43,848 bases of DNA from Candidatus Heimdallarchaeota archaeon (GTDB lineage Archaea; Asgardarchaeota; Heimdallarchaeia; Heimdallarchaeales; Heimdallarchaeaceae), in NCBI GenBank assembly GCA_016840095.1, contig JAEOSZ010000034.1, positions 1-43,848 on the forward strand, read 5' to 3'. Position 1 is the first letter of the stretch; each line of letters begins with the position of its first letter. The notes beneath the pieces were generated by a model. It saw nothing but the letters and a program-made list of their open reading frames with translations. It ran no database searches and was not told the DNA's origin. This document shows, piece after piece, positions 18,615 through 27,077 of the stretch. Position numbers and translations under genes: made by a program.

Positions 18615-19004
18615 TTAGCTAGGTATAAATTTGAATCCATATCCAATTAATCCTTCTTCTCCATTTTTTGATAGAATCCTGAATACTGTTTTGACCTTCA
18701 TCCCATACTTAAGATCTTCAATTTTAGTATCTGTAATTTGTCCTGTTACTCTAGTCCCATCATCCAATTCAATGAGACCTATGATGTATGGAGTGTTAAA
18801 CATCATTACATCAGCTGTTTGTGTCACTCTTGTGAAATGTAGAACCTTACCTGTTTGAGCAAGTTTGATCTCTTCAATATCGTTACTAGAACACTCTGGA
18901 CAAAAATCAGTAACTGGAAAACTCTTCATCTGACATTTATTGCACAAGATTCCTAGAGTAAGATATCTTTGTCTTCTTTCTCTCCATATTTTTGGTGGCT
19001 CCAT
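18615..19004 (-). CDS. DUF35 Zn-ribbon/OB-fold scaffold of the thiolase/HMG-CoA synthase complex
   Basis: CNKC...FP..FCPEC, PYIIGLIEL, GQITD, GMKV..VFR, YGFKF; operon context. Confidence 0.93.
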   Translation of the reverse strand: MEPPKIWRERRQRYLTLGILCNKCQMKSFPVTDFCPECSSNDIEEIKLAQTGKVLHFTRVTQTADVMMFNTPYIIGLIELDDGTRVTGQITDTKIEDLKYGMKVKTVFRILSKNGEEGLIGYGFKFIPS

Positions 19005-20185
19005 TAATTATCATCCTCCATATTAGAAAAAATATTCACCACTACATTGGCACCTGTTCCCATTACATTCTGCGTTAAACCAAATTTTGCTTCATCGACT
19101 TGTCGTTTGTCTGCCTCTCCATTGAGCTGCTGTACGATTTCTATTATTTGAGCAATACCTGTTGCACCGAAAGGATCACCTCTAGCTTTGAGACCCCCAC
19201 TTGTATTCACACTAATTTCAGAATTAGTTTGGGTTTTTCCTTCTGTAGTAGCATGACCTCCCTCTCCTTTTGGAAAGAATCCTAAATCTTCAATCGCTAG
19301 AATTTCCCCAATTGGGAAAGAGTCATGTACTTCTGCTAGACTAATATCTTCTGGAGATTTTTTTGCCATAGAATATGCTTTTTTTGCAGCAGCTTTTGTT
19401 GCTGAAAGAGATGTTAAGGTCTTTCTATGGTGTAAAGCTAGTTTATCTGAAGCTTGAGCTGATCCCACTACTTTGGTTTTAAGCTCTATTTCTGAATGTT
19501 TTCTAACAAATTCCTTAGAAGCAATAATTACTGCAGCACTTCCATCACAATGAGTTGCTGGATCAAATCTACCAATAGGGTCAGAGATTCTTTTGGCATT
19601 AAGGAATCTTTCTAATGAAATCTCTCTCCGATATTGAGCTATTGGATTATTCACACCATTCTTGTGGTTCTTAACTGGAACAGATGCTAATTGTTCTAAT
19701 GTTGTTTTATACTCCTTCATATGAGCCTGAGTCAACCAAGCATAGAGACTTGTCAGTGTTGCTCCTTGTTCAAATTCCCATTGATAATCAATAGTACCTC
19801 CAAGAATTTCTTCTATTGTGCTACTATCAACATAGTCACTAGTCTTTTCAGTACCAAGAACTACTATACAATCAAGAAGACCACTCTTCACAGCCAAATA
19901 AGCTTGATGAAATGCTCCTGCACCACTAGCATTTCCTAAATCAATTTTTGAAATTGTTACATCTAAGTTACACTCTCTAGCAGCTTCAGCTCCGATGAAA
20001 GATTGGAGATTACTGTTAGATAATAATGAACCAAAGTAAAGAGCTTGAATTGAATCTTTGCTTATTTTTGAGTTTTGAATTGCTGAAGTTATTGCTTTTG
20101 TTGCGCTAGAACTAGGCTTCGTACTATATTGTTCTCCAAACTTTGTTATTCCATATCCTATTATGAAAACATCACTGTTACTCAT
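19004..20185 (-). CDS. Archaeal SCP2-type thiolase homologue with substituted catalytic residues
   Basis: GITKFGE, KNHKNG..NP.AQ, DGSAAVI, EVHDSF, VNTSGGLKARGDPFGATG. Confidence 0.9.
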   Translation of the reverse strand: MSNSDVFIIGYGITKFGEQYSTKPSSSATKAITSAIQNSKISKDSIQALYFGSLLSNSNLQSFIGAEAARECNLDVTISKIDLGNASGAGAFHQAYLAVKSGLLDCIVVLGTEKTSDYVDSSTIEEILGGTIDYQWEFEQGATLTSLYAWLTQAHMKEYKTTLEQLASVPVKNHKNGVNNPIAQYRREISLERFLNAKRISDPIGRFDPATHCDGSAAVIIASKEFVRKHSEIELKTKVVGSAQASDKLALHHRKTLTSLSATKAAAKKAYSMAKKSPEDISLAEVHDSFPIGEILAIEDLGFFPKGEGGHATTEGKTQTNSEISVNTSGGLKARGDPFGATGIAQIIEIVQQLNGEADKRQVDEAKFGLTQNVMGTGANVVVNIFSNMEDDN

Positions 20186-20189
20186 TTGA

Positions 20190-21230
20190 TCACCTCAGAA
20201 TTCCTTTGTATCTAGAATAAACACCATAGCTAACTTCCTCCATATTATCAACGTAGTAATCCACTGTTAATGGATAAGTTTTGACACTTTCTATTTCATC
20301 AGTAACTAAGAATGAAAATGAATCACTACCGGCTCCACTGCCATAAGAAGTTATGAATACTCTATCGCCAGGGTTGGAATTATTCAGAATCGTTGATAAT
20401 CCTAACATTGATGAAGCAGAATATGCATTCCCAATTTTCTTACAAATAAGGCTGATATCAACTTGATCTACTGTAAATCCAAGCATCTTTGCTACTGCTA
20501 GTGGAAATTTAGTATTAGGTTGGTGGAATGTAGCAAATTTATAATCTGTTGGTTTAGTTCCGAGTTTCTCCATTAATCCTTTAGAAGCATCCACAATATG
20601 CTGAAAATATGCTGGTTGTCCAGTAAATCTGTTTCCATGAGATGGATATATAGCTCCTTCTCTTCTCCAGAAATCTGGTGTGTCAGTAGTTACTGAATAT
20701 GTACCTTCTAGTTCTGCAACAACTCTTTCTGAACCAATTAAAAATGCAGCACTTCCAGCACCAGCAGTATATTCAAGAGGATCTCTTGGTTTAGCTTGAC
20801 TGTCATCAGAACCTATTGCTAGCCCAAACTTGATCATATTAGATTTGACTAGACCAAAGCACATCTGCATCCCAGCTGTTCCTGCTTTGCATGCAAATTC
20901 CAAATCAGCAGCTGTTAATTCCTTTTCTGAATCTATTGCTGAAGCAACTATTGTTGCTGTAGGTTTAACTGCATAAGGATGCGATTCACTCCCAACATAA
21001 ATAGCTCCAATATCTTGAGGATCCCCCTTCCATCTTTTCAATGCATTTCTTGCAGCTTCGACCGACATCGTAGCTACATCTTCATCAGGCCCTAGTACTG
21101 ATTTAAACTGAACCTGCAATTGCGTTTTAATTTCATTTGGATCTTCACCCCATACCTTTGCTATTTCTTCAACAGCTATTCGGTATTTGGGGATATACGA
21201 ACCATAGGATACTATTCCTACTTTGCTCAT
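20190..21230 (-). CDS. Hydroxymethylglutaryl-CoA synthase (archaeal type)
   Basis: GSESHPYAVKP, DLEFACKAGT, DTPDFWRR, FHQPN, SYGSGAGSD; catalytic E/C/H intact. Confidence 0.96.
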   Translation of the reverse strand: MSKVGIVSYGSYIPKYRIAVEEIAKVWGEDPNEIKTQLQVQFKSVLGPDEDVATMSVEAARNALKRWKGDPQDIGAIYVGSESHPYAVKPTATIVASAIDSEKELTAADLEFACKAGTAGMQMCFGLVKSNMIKFGLAIGSDDSQAKPRDPLEYTAGAGSAAFLIGSERVVAELEGTYSVTTDTPDFWRREGAIYPSHGNRFTGQPAYFQHIVDASKGLMEKLGTKPTDYKFATFHQPNTKFPLAVAKMLGFTVDQVDISLICKKIGNAYSASSMLGLSTILNNSNPGDRVFITSYGSGAGSDSFSFLVTDEIESVKTYPLTVDYYVDNMEEVSYGVYSRYKGILR

Positions 21231-21356
21231 GTTAATACCTTGAAAGAGTTGATTTATTCTAGATGTAATAGAAACTATTAGCGAATTCTAGTTTTTTGCT
21301 ATGGTAATCATACTCTAGCTAATAATTAAAACTTCCTACAGAAAGATAAAAGGCCA

Positions 21357-22043
21357 TTAATCATCTTCTTTTTCTTCTTTAATCTTTTGAGGAACTTTAG
21401 ATATAACAACTCTAGCTGGTTTGAGTAAAGAACCTTCTAATATGAAACCTTTGGATACAACTTCAATTATTTGGTTGTTAGTCTTTTTTGCATCTTCAAT
21501 TGTATATAGAACCTCATGAAATTTAGGATCAAAAATCTCGTTGATTGGATTAATAACTTTCATACCCAGTGTTTCGAAAGTCGATTTTGTATTTTCGAAA
21601 ATCATTTTGATAGCTTTCTTAGAAGATTTCAAATCATCATTTTCGATTATTTCTTTCTGAGTTCTTTCTAAATCTTCATACAAAGTTGTAAATTTCTGAA
21701 GAACGCTACTCTTACTTTGAAAATTAGAGAATTCTTGATCCTTTTGAACTCTCTTCTTGAAATTTTCGAAGTCAGCTTGAACCCTTTGAGCAGTATAAAG
21801 ATATTCATCTTGTTTTACCTTAGCTTCTTTGAGCTCTTCTTGTAATGACCAGATTAGTTCAGTTAAATCTTCTACCTTATTGTTATTAACTAAATTTAGA
21901 ATTTCAACAGATAACTGATTCTTTTTCTCTTCATCAGGGTTTGGCTCAATTTCCTTTTGAGAGCTTTTTTCCTCTGGTTCACTATCTACATCTACTTCGA
22001 TGAATTCTTCTTCATTATTAGGGTCGTTTTTCTTCTCATACAT
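21357..22043 (-). CDS. grpE: Nucleotide exchange factor GrpE
   Basis: RVQADFENFKKR, FDPKFHE, KGF......LKPARV; start moved to ATG 22043 (AGGTGG SD upstream). Confidence 0.93.
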   Translation of the reverse strand: MYEKKNDPNNEEEFIEVDVDSEPEEKSSQKEIEPNPDEEKKNQLSVEILNLVNNNKVEDLTELIWSLQEELKEAKVKQDEYLYTAQRVQADFENFKKRVQKDQEFSNFQSKSSVLQKFTTLYEDLERTQKEIIENDDLKSSKKAIKMIFENTKSTFETLGMKVINPINEIFDPKFHEVLYTIEDAKKTNNQIIEVVSKGFILEGSLLKPARVVISKVPQKIKEEKEDD

Positions 22044-22196
22044 GGGAAATATCCACCTATGAATCTCGTTTTTCAGCCCAATTACTGACATTTAAAATCT
22101 TCGATTTAACCAATATAAATCTAGTTTTCACTGTTACAGAAAAAGATAAGTTTTGGTCGAACTAAACGTTTATTTAGTAAACACATAAAAATGGCA

Positions 22197-22215
22197 TCTA
22201 TAGGCCCCCTATAGA
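22197..22215. promoter_or_regulatory. Palindromic operator candidate TCTATAGG-CCC-CCTATAGA
   Basis: Perfect 8-3-8 inverted repeat about 26 nt upstream of the DUF438 gene. Confidence 0.55.
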
Positions 22216-22241
22216 GGTATTAAAATCAATTTAAGGATCGT

Positions 22242-23471
22242 GTGAAAATGCATGAAAAAATAAGTGAAAAATCTAAACAAAACAAAGAGTTGATCAAAAA
22301 GCTCATCAAGAAACTGCATGATGGAGAAGACCCTCAAAAAGTGAAAGAGGAATTCAAAGAAGTCATCAAAAATCTATCTTCTCTTGAAATAGCTCAAGCT
22401 GAAGAACAACTCATAAAAGAAGGAATGCCAGCTGAAGAAATCCATCATATGTGCGATGTGCATTTAGCTGTTTTAGAAGAAACACTCATAGAAGATCAAG
22501 ATTTAGCTCCAGAAGGACATCCAATTCACATTCTTATGCAAGAGCATGCAATACTCCTTGAAAATGTAAATAGATTAAGAGATATTCATAAGGAAATCAG
22601 TCAAAAGAATAATTTTCCAGAAGTTTTGGAAGAATTAGCAGAAATTGAAAATATAGTTGAGATGATTAAGAAATCAGAAAATCACTACCTTAGAGAAGAG
22701 AATGTTCTTTTTTCATATTTGGAAAGATATGGAGTAACACAACCACCTAAAATTATGTGGATGGAACATGATAGAATTCGTGATTTAGAAAAGAATTTAA
22801 TCAATCTAATTGAGAAAAAAGGTGAAAATGATTTTCCAACATTTCTAGAAAAATATCATTTGTATGTGCATGGTTTAGCAGAAATGCTAGCAAGTCATTT
22901 TCCTAAAGAAAACAAAATTCTCTTTCCAACTGCAATGAAATTAATTAGTGAGACAGACTGGAATGAAATTAGACAACAATTTGATGATATTGGTTATTTC
23001 TATCTAACCCCAGATATTGTTCCAGAAAAGGATCTAGTAGTTGAGAAAACTGAAACTACAGTTGTTGGAGATAAACAAGTAGATTTAGGGACAGGAGCTA
23101 TAGATCTAGAGATTCTTCAGAAGATATTCAAAACTCTCCCTATTGATACAACATTTGTTGATGAGGATAACATAGTTAGATTCTACAGTGAAGGACCTGA
23201 TAGAGTGTTTGTTCGAACCCCAAGTGTAATTGGAAGATTAGTTGAAAATTGCCATCCTTCTAAAAGTGTAGATAAAGTGTTAGAAATTATTGATGGTTTC
23301 AGAAATAATACTCTTGATCAAGCTGAATTCTGGTTAGATTTCGGTGGTAGAAAAATCTACATTAGATATTTTCCTGTGAGAAATAAAAATGGAGACTATC
23401 AGGGAGTTTTAGAAGTTACACAAGACATTACTGAAATTCAAAAAATTGAAGGCGAAAAAAGATTACTTTAA
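22242..23471 (+). CDS. DUF438 / hemerythrin / PAS domain protein
   Basis: EQLIKEG...MCDVH, GHPIHILMQEH, HYLREENVLF, MWMEHD, HFPKENKILFP, VENCHP, GVLEVTQDIT. Confidence 0.92.
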   Translation: MKMHEKISEKSKQNKELIKKLIKKLHDGEDPQKVKEEFKEVIKNLSSLEIAQAEEQLIKEGMPAEEIHHMCDVHLAVLEETLIEDQDLAPEGHPIHILMQEHAILLENVNRLRDIHKEISQKNNFPEVLEELAEIENIVEMIKKSENHYLREENVLFSYLERYGVTQPPKIMWMEHDRIRDLEKNLINLIEKKGENDFPTFLEKYHLYVHGLAEMLASHFPKENKILFPTAMKLISETDWNEIRQQFDDIGYFYLTPDIVPEKDLVVEKTETTVVGDKQVDLGTGAIDLEILQKIFKTLPIDTTFVDEDNIVRFYSEGPDRVFVRTPSVIGRLVENCHPSKSVDKVLEIIDGFRNNTLDQAEFWLDFGGRKIYIRYFPVRNKNGDYQGVLEVTQDITEIQKIEGEKRLL

Positions 23472-23506
23472 CCTTCTTCTCTTTTTCAATGTTAGACCAC
23501 TGATTT

Positions 23507-23514
23507 TTTAAATA
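23507..23514 (+). promoter_or_regulatory. TATA box (TTTAAATA) positioned to start transcription near 23532-23535
   Basis: Archaeal TATA consensus at typical spacing from the 5' end of the structured element. Confidence 0.5.
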
Positions 23515-23531
23515 ACTTGATTTTATGTAAT

Positions 23532-23610
23532 TTGGCCAGAGCTTATCATAGACCTCTCAGAGCAATGTTATGGCTAGCAGTGAAGAGAGCGAGCTCTCTG
23601 GCCAAGAAAT
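23532..23610 (+). ncRNA. Putative single-hairpin box H/ACA guide sRNA with K-turn
   Basis: 10-bp basal stem TTGGCCAGAG/CTCTGGCCAA, internal pocket, upper stem CTCTC/GAGAG, K-turn CAGA...AGTGAAG, AGA box at 23605-23607. Confidence 0.7.
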
Positions 23611-23621
23611 AGATAGGTGAA

Positions 23622-24236
23622 ATGATGAAAATAGTGGTTCTCTCTGGATTACCTTTAAGTGGTAAAACAACTTATGCTAAAATTATCGGACCAAAATATA
23701 ATATGCCTTTATACGAAACAGGCACTGAAGTTCTAGAAGAAGTAACAAGTAGGGGATTTGAATTTACTCCTGAAAATATCAAAAAAGTTACTGATGAATG
23801 TAAGAAAATTTCTGATAGTTTTTTTACTGAAAGATTAATGAAAAAAATAGATAAACTACCAGCTGATGTTCCTGGTGCTTTTATTTCTGGTATTAGAGCT
23901 GTGTCAGAAGTTGAGATACTGAGAAAACATTATGGAGATGATAATGTTTTCGTTATTGCTTTTCACACATCAATGAAAACTAGATTCAAGAGATTAGATA
24001 ATCCAGATCGTATTGAAGAAACAAAAGGTGCAAAAGCAAAAGAAGATGCTTTATTGAGAAATTTTGATAATTTCCTTGCTCGAAATAAAAAAGAACTAGG
24101 CTATGGTGTTGGAGATGTTATTGCTCTAGCTGAATATGTTATGAGCACAGAAAACAGGATCTGGCCATATGTTACAGTAAATGAAAATGAGGCTAGTTTT
24201 GAGACAATTGTCAGAGAGATATTGAATCTTGATTAA
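23622..24236 (+). CDS. UPF0200-like P-loop kinase, probable archaeal dephospho-CoA kinase
   Basis: SGLPLSGKT, GIRA..EVE, TRFKRL, ELGYGVGDVIALAE; AGGTGA SD. Confidence 0.75.
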   Translation: MMKIVVLSGLPLSGKTTYAKIIGPKYNMPLYETGTEVLEEVTSRGFEFTPENIKKVTDECKKISDSFFTERLMKKIDKLPADVPGAFISGIRAVSEVEILRKHYGDDNVFVIAFHTSMKTRFKRLDNPDRIEETKGAKAKEDALLRNFDNFLARNKKELGYGVGDVIALAEYVMSTENRIWPYVTVNENEASFETIVREILNLD

Positions 24237-24335
24237 CTCAATCAAGCTTGTTTCTTTCACTTTTACTTCTATTTTTAAGAAATAAATGAATAACTTTATT
24301 TGCATTAGTTCCATAAAACCACTTGGTGATTTGGG

Positions 24336-25292
24336 ATGGTTTTCAATCCATTTGACAATGAAGATTCCAAGGATGATTCTAAGAAAGCAAAGCTAAGAAA
24401 TCAAGCTCAAGAACAGTTTATTCAGCAATTACAACAAAGAATAGCAGCTCAATCTAGTAAGATAGAAGAATTGCAAGTCGAGATTTCTAAATTGAATCAA
24501 GTTATTCAAAATAAGGATTCGGAATTAGGGATTTACTCCAAAAAAGTAGAAGAAGAGAGAATGTTTTTCGAACAAGATAAGAAAGCTAGAGATGATCGGG
24601 AATATGAACTTCAGAAGATAGTTCAACAAAAAGAAATAGAGCTGAAAAAGGTACAAGAAAGTGCCCCAACAACAACTTTTACTCCTCCAACACCTCCAGT
24701 TGATTCTAGTGTTTCTGATATTCCAGAAATAGATTTGGGACCTGTAAATAACTATGTGGATACCTTAATGGCTTATTATAAGAAGCCAACAGATGATATT
24801 TTCGTTACTTCTCTTAGAGATTTAGTTATACACTGTAGCGAAAATGGAACACCGGATCAATTGATTTTAGGAATTCTTCTCAAAGCAGAAATGCCACTAA
24901 CTGAAGAAGAATTAAAACAGAAAATTAGGATTGAACCTCAAGATATTTCTAGGGCAGTTTTCAGATTATTACAGAAGAACTTTATTAAAAAGGTTGGTCG
25001 AGGGTATGCTGTCGTATCCTCTGAATTTGCTGAGATGACTGATATCTCAAAAAATTGGGGTGGCTTAACACCTGAACAAGTTTACGAGAATTTACTTTCT
25101 GTTGTGTATGTTGAGTCTGACAAAGATGAGTTAGTTCTAGCTTTTACCAAAGCAAGAGATGCTCTGATGGAGATGGGTGTTTTAGCTACTTCTAGAAGAC
25201 ACGAAATAAGTCAAATAATTGAGAAAATAAAAAGACATCCTTTCACAAATAATGAATTGACAGAAACAATCAAAACATGGATTGAATCATAG
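24336..25292 (+). CDS. Coiled-coil protein with Pro-rich linker, wHTH and C-terminal helical domain
   Basis: Q/E/K heptads at about aa 15-108; PTTTFTPPTPP; ILGILLKAEMPLTEEEL...DISRAVFRLLQKNFIKK..RGY. Confidence 0.75.
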   Translation: MVFNPFDNEDSKDDSKKAKLRNQAQEQFIQQLQQRIAAQSSKIEELQVEISKLNQVIQNKDSELGIYSKKVEEERMFFEQDKKARDDREYELQKIVQQKEIELKKVQESAPTTTFTPPTPPVDSSVSDIPEIDLGPVNNYVDTLMAYYKKPTDDIFVTSLRDLVIHCSENGTPDQLILGILLKAEMPLTEEELKQKIRIEPQDISRAVFRLLQKNFIKKVGRGYAVVSSEFAEMTDISKNWGGLTPEQVYENLLSVVYVESDKDELVLAFTKARDALMEMGVLATSRRHEISQIIEKIKRHPFTNNELTETIKTWIES

Positions 25293-27077
25293 TATTATTT
25301 TCATACCAAAAGGTCCTCTGAAAATAAACTTTGCTTCCTTTTCTTCAACTTCCATTATCAAATCTATTGGAAAACCATCTATTGTAGATTCTTTTGGAAT
25401 TCCTACCTTTACCTTACCTTCATACAGCTTTACCTGTCTCCCAGGGCTAATGTCATAGGTTGAAAATGGTGTTTTCAAAATTAATCCAATTCTTGGTGAA
25501 TAGTAAGGATTTTTCAAAAGTATAAATGAATATACTTCCCCTTCCTTAATTATAGTACCACTGTGATAGATGTAAAACCAATCTTGAAGAAATACATTCA
25601 ATTCTTCCTTAGGTACAAATTCGTGTGAAACAAGTCGCTGCAGCTCATTTATATTTGCAATATTTATTACTGGAATTTGGAATATTCCCAATTCTTGCAA
25701 ATCTTCAATTCCTTGGTAAATCTCTTCTGTACATCTTTCCTTTATCGCATAGTGTAAAACAACTAATAATTCCAGAGTATCCTTAGAGAGAATTTGATCC
25801 TTAAGATTCAATGCGAGATAATGAGATTGAAGAAGTATCAGTAATGCATGTTCAAATTTCTTTTTCTGCAATAGAATATAACCGATTTGAATAAGTAAAG
25901 CAACTTCATCTTTACCTTCAATTACAGCTCTCTTATCTATTAAGCCACTTTCCATTATGGTGGAAGCTAATATAACCGCTCTTGTCAAACCTAACAGATC
26001 AAGTCGATCCTGCTTTTCACAAAGAAATAGGAATTTCTCTGAATAATATCCTCCTAGTCTTTCATGATTGTCTGTTACAAGGAAATAAACCATTCTTAAG
26101 AAATGAAGATCCATAAAGATATCTGAAACAAGTTTTGGGAATATCGTTGAAACCTCAGTAATGATATTAAGGTGTCCATCTAGTTTTTCGAAATCAAGGA
26201 GAGTGAATTCAACTATACTAAGTAGATATAGTATTCTAGCTTTCAGGCGTATAGATAATTCTTCTATATAGCTTTCTTTTTCCAAAAGTGCTACTCTAAG
26301 TTCTAATGATAAATCAGACAATACAGTATATGCTTCTTCTAATTCTAATCTAAGAACCTCAAGATTACCCTTTTCCATTTCCTCAATATAGTTTGGAAAT
26401 TCGAATTCAATTTCATTCATTACTTCTATTAGTTTATTTTCTTCTTCCAATGTGTGATATTGAGAGGTGTCTTTTTCAGGAGAAATTTGATTAGCTGCAG
26501 TAATATTTTGAAGAACATTAATTGCGTGTTCTTGAATTTTCTTGATTCTAGTTACAGGATCATACATTTGTCTTTTTTCGACTGAATGTCTTATTTCATC
26601 TGACAAAACAGTATCATGAATCTTTTCCAAAGTTTCGTTATGAACCTCATGAAAACAAGTATTTCTGAGTAGGAAGACAAAAGAAGAACATATTAGAACA
26701 GGAACATCTAGAGTCTCACAAGTCTTTACTAATTTCAAATCACTAGAAACTACAACAGCGTTGATTTGTTTTGCTGCGACTATATTTGATAAATCATTTA
26801 TCTGGGGGGAAGAAAGCTCCTCTTTATCTAAATTGTCCTTATAATCTCTAATCTCCTTTATTGGCACTTTCAATATTTGAATAGGAGTTTTTATTCTTCT
26901 TCGAAGATACCAACGAATTTCCTGTAATATGTATGTCGTAATATAAAGTTCAATACCCATCTCTGTTACAATATCTAAGAATAAGCCAAAATCTGAAGGA
27001 TTAGTTTCAAAACCACTGATAAAGAAATTTGCATCTAGAACGAATTTGTTGTTCTGCACTCTTTTTGTGGAAATCAT
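25287..27077 (-). CDS. PIN-domain protein with long helical (TPR-like) region and beta-rich C-terminal domain
   Basis: FVLDANFF, ILQEI, QINDLS, VVSSDLKL acidic tetrad. Confidence 0.8.
   Translation of the reverse strand: MISTKRVQNNKFVLDANFFISGFETNPSDFGLFLDIVTEMGIELYITTYILQEIRWYLRRRIKTPIQILKVPIKEIRDYKDNLDKEELSSPQINDLSNIVAAKQINAVVVSSDLKLVKTCETLDVPVLICSSFVFLLRNTCFHEVHNETLEKIHDTVLSDEIRHSVEKRQMYDPVTRIKKIQEHAINVLQNITAANQISPEKDTSQYHTLEEENKLIEVMNEIEFEFPNYIEEMEKGNLEVLRLELEEAYTVLSDLSLELRVALLEKESYIEELSIRLKARILYLLSIVEFTLLDFEKLDGHLNIITEVSTIFPKLVSDIFMDLHFLRMVYFLVTDNHERLGGYYSEKFLFLCEKQDRLDLLGLTRAVILASTIMESGLIDKRAVIEGKDEVALLIQIGYILLQKKKFEHALLILLQSHYLALNLKDQILSKDTLELLVVLHYAIKERCTEEIYQGIEDLQELGIFQIPVINIANINELQRLVSHEFVPKEELNVFLQDWFYIYHSGTIIKEGEVYSFILLKNPYYSPRIGLILKTPFSTYDISPGRQVKLYEGKVKVGIPKESTIDGFPIDLIMEVEEKEAKFIFRGPFGMKIIL

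Noticed and set aside
23532-23610. tRNA or SECIS interpretation of the structured element
   Set aside because: No TTCRA T-loop or cloverleaf, and no in-frame UGA selenoprotein candidate adjacent; K-turn plus pocket plus ANA box fits H/ACA better
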